Below, one piece after another: positions 1-9,716 of a stretch of DNA of 64,000 bases. The notes under the pieces were generated by a model. It did not search any database and was not told the DNA's origin. It saw only the letters and a list, made by a program, of their open reading frames with translations. The translations under genes and the position numbers were made by a program. Location: the IMG/VR virus record IMGVR_UViG_3300020156_000024; one strand, given 5' to 3'. Source of the DNA: a virus. The stretch's first letter is position 1; every line of letters begins with the position of its first letter.

Positions 1-374
1 CAGCCGGGCCGGGCCCCGGCAGCGACCGGGAGCGCCCGTACGAAGGGGCGGTTGATGTCGGGGACGCGGAGGTCGTTGAGTTCGAGGTTCCGCGCCAGCC
101 GGTCGAACGATGCCGGATTGGGTTCGAGCGCGACCACATTCAAGCGCATCGCCAGCGCGAACCACAGGGTGTGGGTACCGATGTGCGCGCCGACATCGAC
201 GGCCGTGCCAGGCTCGAACGCGGTGATGCGGTGGCGGGCGTCGTCGAGGAGGTCCTTCTCGTACCAGGTGCCGCGGGAGATGATGCGGCCGATGTGGTCG
301 GTCTCATCGACCTCGATGCGCGCGGCAGGTGCGCCTTCGGCAGAGCGGCCGGCGGGGAGCGTGATCGTCTTCAT
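1..374 (-). CDS. FkbM-family SAM-dependent methyltransferase (3' end truncated by window)
   Basis: Manual translation MKTITLPAG...GTWYEKDLLD...AVDVGAHIGTHTLWFA...VVALEPNPASFDRLARNLELN; DVGAHIG and EPN motifs; ATGA overlap with upstream gene at 371-374; absent from the ORF track because no stop lies in the window. Confidence 0.85.
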   Translation of the reverse strand, partial: MKTITLPAGRSAEGAPAARIEVDETDHIGRIISRGTWYEKDLLDDARHRITAFEPGTAVDVGAHIGTHTLWFALAMRLNVVALEPNPASFDRLARNLELNDLRVPDINRPFVRALPVAAGARPG

Positions 375-1018
375 GACCGCCCCCGGGCGAGGGTGCGGCG
401 GCGGTTGGCCCAGTGGTGTACGGCCAGCGCGCCCGGGAACGGGCCGCGCTCGCGCGGCGTGCCGACATCGCTGTAGGAGTACGGGTAGAACAGGGCCTGC
501 GGCAGGACGGTGAGTTCGTCGCGGTGGCGGCGCCACAACCCGGTCAGGTACTGCGGGCCGGTCGAGACGTTGGGGCGCAGGCCACGGTGGTGCTCGACGG
601 AAGCGGGGAGGCCGGTGATGAGCCGGTCGATGAACGGGTGGCCCGGTTCGGTGCCGAGGATCGCGTTGTTCACCCACCGGTCCTGGGTCTCCCACGCGGC
701 GAACGCTTCGAGGCCCTTGATGGTGTCTTCGATGCTGGTGAGGCATTCGAAGTCGACGTCGACGTAGATGCCGCCGAACGCCCAGAGGATCTCGTAGCGG
801 AGCACGTCGGAGCGGAACTGCCACACCGAGGGAGCAGGGACGAGCTCCTCGGCGCGGTCGTACAGGTCGCGGTTGCGCATGACCGGGAGGCGGTCCTCGG
901 TCCACATGCGGTGCTCCCAGCCGGGGTGCGCTGCCTGCCACGTCTGGGTGTAGGCGGCGTACTCGGCGGGGAGCGGGTCGGGCCCGATCCATATCTGGTG
1001 CAGGACAGCGGGAATCAC
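371..1018 (-). CDS. Glycosyltransferase, GT32/OCH1-like (DXD sugar-binding)
   Basis: IPAVLHQIW N-terminus, SDVLRYEILWAFGGIYVDVD (DxD), NNAILG, STGPQYLT, AVHHWA motifs. Confidence 0.9.
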   Translation of the reverse strand: MIPAVLHQIWIGPDPLPAEYAAYTQTWQAAHPGWEHRMWTEDRLPVMRNRDLYDRAEELVPAPSVWQFRSDVLRYEILWAFGGIYVDVDFECLTSIEDTIKGLEAFAAWETQDRWVNNAILGTEPGHPFIDRLITGLPASVEHHRGLRPNVSTGPQYLTGLWRRHRDELTVLPQALFYPYSYSDVGTPRERGPFPGALAVHHWANRRRTLARGRS

Positions 1019-1212
1019 AGGACTGCCGCCCCCCGTCGACTCGCCTCGTCCAGGAGCTCGCGCATCCTCTCCTGGCTGACGGTTCCTGTTGCGGGGACCT
1101 CGAACGAGGCCACGGTGGACTGGCCGAGCTTCGCGTTGATGCTGCGGAGCTCGGCCAGGATCTCGGTGAGGATGTCCTCTGCGCCCTCGGGCGCCCCTGG
1201 CCGGGCGGACAT
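1015..1212 (-). CDS. Small hypothetical protein (65 aa) between capsid and glycosyltransferase
   Basis: ATG two nt after the capsid stop, GTGA overlap with the GT gene. Confidence 0.7.
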   Translation of the reverse strand: MSARPGAPEGAEDILTEILAELRSINAKLGQSTVASFEVPATGTVSQERMRELLDEASRRGAAVL

Positions 1213-1214
1213 CG

Positions 1215-2396
1215 TTACGAACCCACTCGGTCGCCGGTGGAGGCCACCGCGGACTTCGGGTCCATCAGCGTCCCGCCGAGGATGTGGCGGACCTTCCACT
1301 CGACGCTGTCGGAGTCGAAGTCGCCGTCAGTGGCGTCGATGAGCCCGCCGCCGACCCTCGTGGCGTTGGGGCTCTTCTGAAAGAGCTGCGGCGCTTCGTG
1401 CCCGATGAGCCGGCCGATCTCCATCGCCGGACGGCCGGAGTTCGGGTTGGCGAACAGGTACCAGGCCGTCGAGCCCGTGGCGGTGTCGATGGTCGGCAGC
1501 CACGGGTTGACGATCAGCGAGACCTTGTTCCGCATCCAGTTCGAGACCCGCAGTTGGTCGTTCTCGACGCCGTTCCCGCCGCCGTCCGCAGCGAGGATCT
1601 CGATGGCGTTGAGGATGTTCAGCGCCTTGACCTCGAGCGCCGGCGGGACCACGAGGGTCGCCGCGGAGACGAAGATCGGGTTGCCGTCGGCGTCGAGCTG
1701 CTCGCCGAAGATCGTCATGGCCTCCTGCAGGCCCGAGACGGTCAGCTGCGCGTCGGTCAGGTTGCCGTTCGGGGCGCCGAAGAACGGCGACGCGGGCCCG
1801 GTAGCGGTGGCGTACAGGGCGGTCGCGAAGCGCTCCTCGGAGCGGCGCGCGGCGTTGCCCAGCCGCTCGGGGATCGACGCGAACGCGTCCAGGTCGTCGT
1901 TGACCAACGTCTCCCAGCTGAGCGGGATGCGGCGGCCGAACTTGCGGACCTGGTACTCGTAGAAGCCGTCCGCGAGGGACGCGGCGGGGTACTCGGACTG
2001 CTCCGGGACCTCTGCGAGGACCGATTCGCCGCCGTCCAGAGTGAACCGCTTGACGCGACGGAAGTCGCGGACCCGGCCGGCCCGTGCCAGCGACGTCCAC
2101 TGGACGGGCATCTGCGCGTACTGCGCGAGCAGCTGGCGGTCGATGATGTCGCCGAAGAGGAACGAGAAGTCGGACCGGGTCATGTTCTCCTTGAAGGAGA
2201 GCGCGGCGTAGCTGTCTCCTTTGAGGACCTGGCGGTAAAGGTTGAACACCTCCATGAACGCCTTCTGGTAGCGCGGGTCCGCGCTGGCGCGCGGGCGGCG
2301 CTGGGTGAACGTCTTCGGGTCGCCCTTGAACAGCTCAGTCTCGTCGGCTTTCGCCTGGGAGTACGTGGCCACCTCAGGCAGCATGGTGTCGAGCAT
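1215..2396 (-). CDS. Major capsid protein (Mu gpT-like)
   Basis: Position after protease and DUF2190; MTRSDFSFLFGDIIDRQLLAQY, VRKFGRRIPLSWETLVNDDL motifs; ends ...STGDRVGS. Confidence 0.88.
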   Translation of the reverse strand: MLDTMLPEVATYSQAKADETELFKGDPKTFTQRRPRASADPRYQKAFMEVFNLYRQVLKGDSYAALSFKENMTRSDFSFLFGDIIDRQLLAQYAQMPVQWTSLARAGRVRDFRRVKRFTLDGGESVLAEVPEQSEYPAASLADGFYEYQVRKFGRRIPLSWETLVNDDLDAFASIPERLGNAARRSEERFATALYATATGPASPFFGAPNGNLTDAQLTVSGLQEAMTIFGEQLDADGNPIFVSAATLVVPPALEVKALNILNAIEILAADGGGNGVENDQLRVSNWMRNKVSLIVNPWLPTIDTATGSTAWYLFANPNSGRPAMEIGRLIGHEAPQLFQKSPNATRVGGGLIDATDGDFDSDSVEWKVRHILGGTLMDPKSAVASTGDRVGS

Positions 2397-2408
2397 CTGG
2401 GTGGCTCC

Positions 2409-2771
2409 TTAGTAACCGAGCTTGACGGGGATGATGGTGGTCGCGGCGTTGGCGACCGCGGCGAGCGCGTAGCCGAAGCGGACGCCGCCCGCCGCGGTGT
2501 TGGACAGCGCGCCGTCTGCGGTGGCGATGTGGACGATGTGCCCGACCGCGATCGCGCCGGCGTTGGCGTTGACCGGGAGGTCCCAGACGCCGTCGGTCTG
2601 GATCGAGACGCGGGAGACGCCGTCAGCGCCGACGAGCGGGTCGGTCTGCGCGACGGCGGGCAGCTGGTTGACCAGCACGGCGTCGCCGGACTCCGGCGCT
2701 GCCGGGGCGGTGATGGAAGCGGTGGGCACGGCGAACTTGCGGCCGTACTGGTAGACCTGGTTGAGCGCCAT
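2409..2771 (-). CDS. DUF2190-family capsid cement/decoration protein
   Basis: 120 aa, GVWDLP...AIAVG...GYALAA pattern; usual neighbour of gpT-like capsids. Confidence 0.8.
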   Translation of the reverse strand: MALNQVYQYGRKFAVPTASITAPAAPESGDAVLVNQLPAVAQTDPLVGADGVSRVSIQTDGVWDLPVNANAGAIAVGHIVHIATADGALSNTAAGGVRFGYALAAVANAATTIIPVKLGY

Positions 2772-2774
2772 TGG

Positions 2775-4604
2775 TTAGCGTCCCTTCACAGCGATGCGGG
2801 CGGAGTTCTCGTCGAGGCCGAGCTCGGCGAAGCCCTCGGCGAGCTGGACGTCGAAGTCGGGCACGCCCTCGCCCTCGACGAAGCCGCCGAGACCGGAGGG
2901 GCGGCCCGCGCCCTGGGATTCCAGGACCGCCGCGGCGTAGCCCGCTTCGGACTTGATCGAGGCGGCGACGAGCGCGGTGAGTGCCTCGGCGTTGACCTGG
3001 CCGTCCTCGGTGAAGGGGACGCGGCCGTTGACCGCGGCGTGGACGCGCGGCGTGATGGCGGTGATGAGCGAGTCGGGCATGCCGGAGGCGTTCTCGGCGA
3101 GCGTCTTGTCGACGGCGGCGCGGCCGGCTTCGTTGCCTTCCATGAGCTGGAGGCGCGCGAGCGCTTCCTTCATGCGGGCCTCGGCGGTGCGCTGCGCGGA
3201 CTGCGACTCGGACAGCGCCTCGGTCAGGGCCGTGCAGCGGGTGCGGAACTGGTCGCGTTCGGCGGCGACGACGGCGACCTCTTCGGCAACGGGGGTGCCG
3301 TTCGGGGTCCCCGCCGGGCCGGGCTGGACGCCCTCAGCAGTGGTAGATCCACTCATCGTGGACTCTCCTTCTTGGATTGGGTGGAGTGCGGTCGGCGGGG
3401 AGCCGTCCGCGTTGGCCGTCGCCGCGGTGGGCGAGTTCTTGAGCGCCTGGTCGGCGCGGTCGAGGTCGGCGGCCATCTCGGTGACGGCCAGCCGGGCGGG
3501 AGCAGTGAGGGCCGCGGCTTCCTCGGCGGGGGTGTCGACGGGGACGTACGTGGTGCGGCGGTCGACTTCGACGGGGTCGCCGGTGAGGGCGATGCCGTCC
3601 TCGTCGGTGTAGGCCTGCCGCCAGGTCCCGTCGTCGTTGCCGTAGATGACGAAGCTCTCGTCGGGGTCGTAGTCCCACACCCAGGAGCCGTCTTCGTCGT
3701 CGCTGCCGTGCGCGGCGGCGACGGCTCGCTGGATCCGGGCGCGGGTGTCGCCGGTGAGGGCTTCATCGGCGGCGATCTCGCCGTCGGGGGCGTCGTCCCA
3801 GGGGCCGCGCTGGAACAGCTGCGGCGCATCGGCTTCGACACGGGCGGTCCACGCTTGGAGTCCGTCGCCGATCGCGGAGGACAGGGTGATGCGCTCGGCG
3901 CGGGTGAGGCGGCCGTCGCCGTACATGTCGTCGGCGTACTGCGTGAGCGCGAGGTGGAGCCGGGATTCGAGCCAGGTCCCGACGGAGCGGGCCTCGGTGA
4001 CCTTTCCGGCCTGGATCGATTCGAGGACGTCCAGGAGGGCGCCGCCGGCGGCGGGCTTGGTCACGAAATCCACGGACCGGCCCTGCTCGATGGTGTTGAC
4101 GATGTTGCCCTTGCGGCCTTCGCGCTCACCGTGTTCGGCGGTGACGTAGGCGCGGATGGACATGCCGATGACGGGGATGCCTTCCTCGGCTTCGGCTTTC
4201 GCCATCTCGATCAGGGGGGTCCGCCAGGGCTCGAACAGGCGCGTCCATGCGACGAGCGACTTCGTGTCTTCGTCCCAGCGGGCGTCCTCGGTCTGGATCG
4301 CGGCGAGCTTCTCCACCGATCCGGCGGGGCGCTCGTAGTCCTCTTGCTCGGTGGCGTGGTCGATGAACGCCTGCATGCCCTTCGGCCAGGCGGCCGCGCC
4401 GTCGCGCTTCAAGACCTCGGCGGGGTAGTAGTTCCCGTTGAGGGACCACCCGGCTTTAATGAGGCGGATCAGCATGCGGCCGGGCCGTGTCTTGGAGACT
4501 TCGGCGACGCCGGCTTCGGCGATGGTGAGGCGTTCGGGTGCGGCCACGGACTCGGAGACGGCACGGCGTCGCTGCGTCCCCATAGGGCTGCGCTTACGCG
4601 ACAT
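2775..4604 (-). CDS. Capsid maturation protease fused to scaffolding region
   Basis: N-terminal GWSLNGNYYPAEVL...FIDH...SVDFVTKPAAGG protease-like domain, acidic/coiled-coil C-terminus; position between MuF and capsid. Confidence 0.8.
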   Translation of the reverse strand: MSRKRSPMGTQRRRAVSESVAAPERLTIAEAGVAEVSKTRPGRMLIRLIKAGWSLNGNYYPAEVLKRDGAAAWPKGMQAFIDHATEQEDYERPAGSVEKLAAIQTEDARWDEDTKSLVAWTRLFEPWRTPLIEMAKAEAEEGIPVIGMSIRAYVTAEHGEREGRKGNIVNTIEQGRSVDFVTKPAAGGALLDVLESIQAGKVTEARSVGTWLESRLHLALTQYADDMYGDGRLTRAERITLSSAIGDGLQAWTARVEADAPQLFQRGPWDDAPDGEIAADEALTGDTRARIQRAVAAAHGSDDEDGSWVWDYDPDESFVIYGNDDGTWRQAYTDEDGIALTGDPVEVDRRTTYVPVDTPAEEAAALTAPARLAVTEMAADLDRADQALKNSPTAATANADGSPPTALHPIQEGESTMSGSTTAEGVQPGPAGTPNGTPVAEEVAVVAAERDQFRTRCTALTEALSESQSAQRTAEARMKEALARLQLMEGNEAGRAAVDKTLAENASGMPDSLITAITPRVHAAVNGRVPFTEDGQVNAEALTALVAASIKSEAGYAAAVLESQGAGRPSGLGGFVEGEGVPDFDVQLAEGFAELGLDENSARIAVKGR

Positions 4605-5805
4605 GGGATACCTCCTGGGACTGGTTGCGGTCGGCGAGTACGCGGAGGTCCCGCACGGGTGTCGGTTGGTTGGAGCGGCGCCATTGGGGGGTGTCGCGCC
4701 AGGTGGCGAGCTGGTCCCATGTGACGGAGCCGGAGCGGTACAGCTCGAGGCGTCCGGGGCCCATGACCTGGAGTTGGTCGGCGGCCGAGAGCTTGTTGAA
4801 GGAGGCCTCGCCGTTCGGAAGCAGACTGGGCGGTTCGGGTGCGGTGATCCCGAGTTCTTTCCAGGACGCGAGCTTCGGCAGGCGCGTGCACCGGCCGCGG
4901 GGGTGGTCGTCGGGGCCGGGCTCGGACGTGGGGTAGGTGCGGCCGTGCCGTGACCAGCAAGCCGGACAACAGGTTGAGTCGAGGCGGGCGTACCACTGCC
5001 AGGCGGTCACCAGATCGCTGTTGGCGCGGTGGATGTACGCCGACGCGGCACGGTAGGCGTCGAGCATCTCCGTGCGGGAGATCGTGAGCGCCCGGGTGAG
5101 TCCGCCGTTGAAGGCGCCTTCGACCCGGTTGACCATGTCGCGGGCGACGGGGATCGGGTTGTCGCCGACGATGATGCCCTCGATCAGCGCGGCCCGCATC
5201 GCGGCGACGGCTTCGTCGGAGAGGGGGATCGTGTCGGCGTGGATCTGCCCAGCAGCTCTCGCGATGATCGCGGCGAGGGCTGAGGGTTCGAACCGTCCGG
5301 CGACGATCCCGGCAACAACCGCGGGGCCGAGAAGGTCAGCGGCTGTAGGTGGGGGGACCATGCCGCCGTCGGTGACGTCCGGCGGTACTTCGTCGGCTTC
5401 GGCGAGGCGACGCAGAACGTGCCCGGCCAGCGCTTCCGCTTTGGTCTCGGGCGCTTGGGAGCCGATGATCCGCGGCTCGTACTCCGCGTCAGCCTCGACG
5501 ACTCGTCCGGCGCCGGCGCTGGCGGTCGTATCGGTCTCGGCGGCGAGCGCCGTGAGTGCGGTGCTGGAGGCGTCGAGGGCGTTCATCGCGGCTTCGTTGC
5601 GCGCGATCTGGTGCACGGTCGGCCAGCGCCCGTCCTTGACGGCGAGCGCGGCGAGTTGGGTCATGGCCCGTTCCCAGGCGGGGGCGAGCTTGTCCCAGGC
5701 GGTCACCCACTGGGTGGTGAGGTGCCGGTCGGCGTTGTCGGTCTCGGTGCCGATGTCGGCCCGGAGCTTCCGGGTAAGGGCGAGGGTGGAGCGGGTGACG
5801 GCCAT
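4594..5805 (-). CDS. Head morphogenesis / minor capsid protein (MuF, SPP1 gp7-like)
   Basis: RALTISRTE...WQWYARLDSTCCPACW...DHPRGRC motifs; follows portal. Confidence 0.88.
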   Translation of the reverse strand: MAVTRSTLALTRKLRADIGTETDNADRHLTTQWVTAWDKLAPAWERAMTQLAALAVKDGRWPTVHQIARNEAAMNALDASSTALTALAAETDTTASAGAGRVVEADAEYEPRIIGSQAPETKAEALAGHVLRRLAEADEVPPDVTDGGMVPPPTAADLLGPAVVAGIVAGRFEPSALAAIIARAAGQIHADTIPLSDEAVAAMRAALIEGIIVGDNPIPVARDMVNRVEGAFNGGLTRALTISRTEMLDAYRAASAYIHRANSDLVTAWQWYARLDSTCCPACWSRHGRTYPTSEPGPDDHPRGRCTRLPKLASWKELGITAPEPPSLLPNGEASFNKLSAADQLQVMGPGRLELYRSGSVTWDQLATWRDTPQWRRSNQPTPVRDLRVLADRNQSQEVSHVA

Positions 5806-5808
5806 CGC

Positions 5809-7524
5809 CTACCCGTCCTCGTCGTCCTCTTCGTCGGCAGGCGGGCCGTTCTCGGCGGGGTCGTCGTCAGGAGGATCTTCGGCGTCTTCCATCGGGCCGG
5901 GGCCCGCTGCTGTCGGGTCTTGGCCGCGGCGGGCGAGCGCCGCAGCTTCAGCGCCAGGGCCGAGCGGTGGACCCTTGGGCCACTGGAACTCACCGGTGTC
6001 GTCATCGAGCATCTGCTCAACGAGCTCGTCGACGTCCTTGACGCCGAGTGCGATCAGCACCATGCGCAAGATCAGCTCAGGCGGGACCGTGTTCGTGGAC
6101 GACGCGTCAACAATCGCCTTCACGATCACGCCGACGTCCGTGTCCGTCAGGTCCGGCCAGTCGATGTCGATCTGCGTGGACGTGTCTCCGTCGAGGGTGA
6201 CGGTCTCCAATGACGTGTAGGGGTCCCGCGTGATCGTGCCCTTCAGCGGTCCCTGCGGTGCACGGACGGCCTCGGTGATCATGTAGGAGAGGATTCGCAG
6301 GAGCATCGCCGTGTGCAGCTGGCGGCGCTGGCCCATGACGAGCTCAGTCGGCTTGTCGAGGGTCTCGGCGGTGGCGCGGTTGCCTGTCGTGCCGGGGTCG
6401 CCGAGGAGTGCCACAACCGAGAGGCTGAGCGCGGCGGCGACCATCGCGGCCATCGGCCGGCCGGATTCGGCATCGATCGTCGCCCCGGTCTTCGGGATAG
6501 CTTCGAGGACAGCGTCCATTGGGGTGACCGCGGTGCCGCCGACGTCGAGCGCGCGACGCGAACCCGGGTCGAGCGGTGCCGCTGCGGCGAGCGCCTGGCG
6601 GGCCTGCGCCCGGGCCGAGCCCTTCGAGGTGAGCTTCCACGCGAACTTCGACAGGCTCTTCATGAGCGTCGCCCAGTCCTCGAGGAACACCTTGTAGGCG
6701 TGCGCCCAGTCGATCGCCGCATACGCGTCGGGGACGCCTCGGTCCCACTCGGCGGGCTTGTTCACGGCCTCGTGGTAGACCGGCGCATCCCACCGGACCT
6801 TGATGCCGGCGTAGGTGCCGCGTCGGGTGGCGGGGCGGTAGTCGATCGCGGGGTACAGCTCGTCGCGGACCTCGGTGACCTGGGAGCCGTCGGCCATGGG
6901 GGTGACCTGCGTCCACCGGCGGCGGTAGAACCACGGCTCCGAGTTGTCCTCGGGGTTGTTCAGGACCTCATAGATCTCGTCAGCGGGGAGAGATCGGACC
7001 TGCACGTAACCAGTGCGGGGGTTGGTGAACAGGGCGAGGAACTTCTCACCGTCATGGAACAGGGTGTGCTCGAGCTCGTTCTGCGCCTGCGCCGACGTCA
7101 GCACACGCTGGTTCCCGGGGTCGTTGAGGAACGCCGCGACGACCGCCTGGACGTCCTGCTCGCCCTGCTGTTTGCCGTTGGCGCGCGCCGTGATCTCCAC
7201 GCCCTGGCCCCACACGTACGCGGAGCGGAGCGCCGCACCGCGTTTCAGCAGCGGGTTCTTCAGGGTGAAGAGGCGGCAGATCATGCGCATCTGCCGCAGG
7301 CCCTCAGGAGAGAACTCCTGCTCGGCCGCGGCGACATAGTTGACCCACCCGGGTTCGTACAGCTGCCGTTGCAGGTCGGCGACGGACTCGGCGAGGAGCT
7401 CGTTCTGGTTGCGTTCGAGGGTGAGCTGCTCCCGGATGGGGGCGATGATGCGGTCCCGGATCGGGTAGACCACACGGGTCTGTACAGCCTCGACAGCGCG
7501 CTGGACGGGGACCGGCAGGCCCAT
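5809..7524 (-). CDS. Portal protein
   Basis: 571 aa directly after terL; GVPD...GNRATAETLD motifs; acidic tail. Confidence 0.82.
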   Translation of the reverse strand: MGLPVPVQRAVEAVQTRVVYPIRDRIIAPIREQLTLERNQNELLAESVADLQRQLYEPGWVNYVAAAEQEFSPEGLRQMRMICRLFTLKNPLLKRGAALRSAYVWGQGVEITARANGKQQGEQDVQAVVAAFLNDPGNQRVLTSAQAQNELEHTLFHDGEKFLALFTNPRTGYVQVRSLPADEIYEVLNNPEDNSEPWFYRRRWTQVTPMADGSQVTEVRDELYPAIDYRPATRRGTYAGIKVRWDAPVYHEAVNKPAEWDRGVPDAYAAIDWAHAYKVFLEDWATLMKSLSKFAWKLTSKGSARAQARQALAAAAPLDPGSRRALDVGGTAVTPMDAVLEAIPKTGATIDAESGRPMAAMVAAALSLSVVALLGDPGTTGNRATAETLDKPTELVMGQRRQLHTAMLLRILSYMITEAVRAPQGPLKGTITRDPYTSLETVTLDGDTSTQIDIDWPDLTDTDVGVIVKAIVDASSTNTVPPELILRMVLIALGVKDVDELVEQMLDDDTGEFQWPKGPPLGPGAEAAALARRGQDPTAAGPGPMEDAEDPPDDDPAENGPPADEEDDEDG

Positions 7525-7536
7525 GCTCGCCCCCTT

Positions 7537-9042
7537 CTAATAGAGGCTGATGGACTGCTCGGCGTCGTCGTCTTCGAACACGTCGCTCTCCAGGAGCAGC
7601 GGGTTGATGAGCAGCCGGTTCAAGGCCTGCGACATGGCGTCGACCCGGTCATCGTGTTTCGCGCGCGGGAAGCCGATCGATTCTTCGATGAGGTCGTCGA
7701 CCCACGGCGCCAGTTCAACGGCGGGGACGTGGACGTTCCCGGCTTCCAGGAGCGGCGACACGGCGGCGGCCCGCGCCACTTTGGAGCCTTCGGGCTCGAC
7801 CGGGATCAGCCCGGCAACGGTGCGTTTCAGCATGTTGATGACCGCGGTCCCGTTCGCTTTGTCCTCGACGTACTTCGCGGTCGCCTGCGGCCAGCGTGCC
7901 GCCAGGGCCCGGACCGCCGAGCAGGTGCCGACGAAGTCCATGTGCCCATGGGATTGATCGAGGAGGTATGCGTCGATGCCGCGTCGGCCCCAGATCTGCC
8001 CGCACACGTAGTCGGAGCCGTCCGTGCCCTTGAACGCCATATCCCAGGACGCAACGATCTCGTCGAAGCCGAGCGCGACCCGGCTCCCATCGGCCTGTTC
8101 GATCCATTGAGGTTGTTCGTAGGCGTGTTCGGTGAACCATTCGCGTTGGAAGACGTTCCCCGACTCGGGGGTGGGGCGGCCCTGATAGAGCGCATTCCAG
8201 GAGCGGGAGCCGACCTCGCGCTTGGTTTGCTGCCAGTCGGCCTCGGATCGTTCACGCGCCGAGAGCATGAACTCGCCGACGTCGCGGCCGAGAGGGTCCG
8301 TCTCGCCTTCAGCGGGCTTGTGGTCGGCCTGGGCGGGGATGTTGATGACGCGCCAGTCGATCCCGTCGTCGCGTTCTTGGAGCCACCCGGTGAGGTCGTC
8401 GTGGCGCCAGCGGGTCTGGATGATGACCACGGCGACACCGGGACCGAGTCGGGGAATTGCAACCTTGGTCCACCACTGCTCGACGGTCTCGCGCCAGGCG
8501 TCGGAGTCGGCCTGCTCGGCGTCCTTGTACGGGTCGTCCACGATGAGCAGGTCGACTGGCTTGCCCGTGAGCGAACCCCTGATGCCCGCGCAGTAGACCG
8601 AGCCGCGGTGACCGGCGAGCTTCCATTCGTGGGCGGCCGAGGAGTTCTGGCGGACGTTGATGCCGAGCGTTTCGGTGTGGTTGGTGATGTCGTCGCGGAT
8701 GGCCTGGCCCCACCGGCGGGCGATGGTGTGGATGTAGGAAACGATCGCGATCCGCAGCCACGGGTACCGCGCGAGCATCCAGGTCGGGAACCGGCGGCTG
8801 GTGCGTTCGGACTTGCCTTCCTGCGGGGCCATGGAGATCATGAGGCGCTTGCAGCGGCCTTCGGCGACGTCGACGAGCGCGGAGTCGATGAGGTCGAGGG
8901 CGGGTGTCTGGTTGGTGGAGGGGTCGAGGTCGAGCGCCATGTCACCGGGTGTGGCCCAGGGGATGTCGCGCGGCACGGGCGGCTCGAAGTGCTGGACGGC
9001 CGCTGCGATGACGTCGGGGTCGAAACCGAGGGTGTCCATCAC
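7537..9042 (-). CDS. terL: Terminase large subunit
   Basis: MAPQEGKS Walker A, LLIVDDP Walker B, IQTRW, SWDMAF, VEDKANG, HDDRVDA nuclease motifs. Confidence 0.95.
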   Translation of the reverse strand: MMDTLGFDPDVIAAAVQHFEPPVPRDIPWATPGDMALDLDPSTNQTPALDLIDSALVDVAEGRCKRLMISMAPQEGKSERTSRRFPTWMLARYPWLRIAIVSYIHTIARRWGQAIRDDITNHTETLGINVRQNSSAAHEWKLAGHRGSVYCAGIRGSLTGKPVDLLIVDDPYKDAEQADSDAWRETVEQWWTKVAIPRLGPGVAVVIIQTRWRHDDLTGWLQERDDGIDWRVINIPAQADHKPAEGETDPLGRDVGEFMLSARERSEADWQQTKREVGSRSWNALYQGRPTPESGNVFQREWFTEHAYEQPQWIEQADGSRVALGFDEIVASWDMAFKGTDGSDYVCGQIWGRRGIDAYLLDQSHGHMDFVGTCSAVRALAARWPQATAKYVEDKANGTAVINMLKRTVAGLIPVEPEGSKVARAAAVSPLLEAGNVHVPAVELAPWVDDLIEESIGFPRAKHDDRVDAMSQALNRLLINPLLLESDVFEDDDAEQSISLY

Positions 9043-9061
9043 CCTCTCCTGGCCGGTAGGT

Positions 9062-9688
9062 CTAGTTGAGGCTCATGGTGACCGCGCCACGGAGCCGGTC
9101 GGCGACGATGCGCGGTGCGGCGGCGGCTTGCGCGGGTGTGAGCTGGAGGTCGCCGAGGATGCCCTTGATGACGGAGGCGAGGAGCGCGCCTTGCTGCTCG
9201 GCGAGGAGCACGCGGCGCTCTTCGATGCCCGCCGAGATCGCGGCCTTGGAGACGGCGACGAGGTGCTTTCGCTCTTCCTGCCAGAGCTGCACCCAGACGT
9301 TGACGGCGGCGGCCTTGGTGGTGTTCTTGCCCTTCCACTCGCCGGAGCCGACGTGCTCCTCCTGGGTGGTGCCCCAGGTGATGTCCTCCTTGGGGAGGGC
9401 GAGGACTTGGGCGTGGAGCCAGTCGACCGCGCCAGCGGTGCGGTACAGCTCTTCGAGGAGGGCGTCCTTCGCGTCGATCTCGCGGGAGAGCCCGAAGTTG
9501 TCGACGGCTTCGAGCGCGCGGATCTCGGCCATGCGCCGTTCGGCGGCGGCGAGGTTCTGGGGGGCTTTCCCGCCGTGGGTGCCGCACACTTGCTGGCCTT
9601 GCATCGGCCGCCGCTTGCACGGGGCGCCGGTGCGCGAGGACCGGGCTTTGCACTTGGGGGGCTCGGGGGGTGTCTCCGGGGGAACCAT
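9062..9688 (-). CDS. terS: Terminase small subunit
   Basis: CKARS...C...CGTHGG N-terminal motif; GGAGG RBS before ATG 9688; directly upstream of terL. Confidence 0.8.
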   Translation of the reverse strand: MVPPETPPEPPKCKARSSRTGAPCKRRPMQGQQVCGTHGGKAPQNLAAAERRMAEIRALEAVDNFGLSREIDAKDALLEELYRTAGAVDWLHAQVLALPKEDITWGTTQEEHVGSGEWKGKNTTKAAAVNVWVQLWQEERKHLVAVSKAAISAGIEERRVLLAEQQGALLASVIKGILGDLQLTPAQAAAAPRIVADRLRGAVTMSLN

Positions 9689-9716
9689 GTAGACACCTCC
9701 CGAGCTGGTGTGTGGG

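Noticed and set aside
1284-4724. 1146-aa plus-strand ORF (also 6313..9069, 30676..32748, 50866..53073 and many others)
   Set aside because: Antisense shadows of real minus-strand genes, typical of high-GC DNA; no motifs and Arg/Gly/Pro-skewed composition
4594-5805. MuF polymorphic toxin (also 57771..58958)
   Set aside because: Both minor capsid proteins end shortly after the conserved domain; no toxin extension or immunity gene
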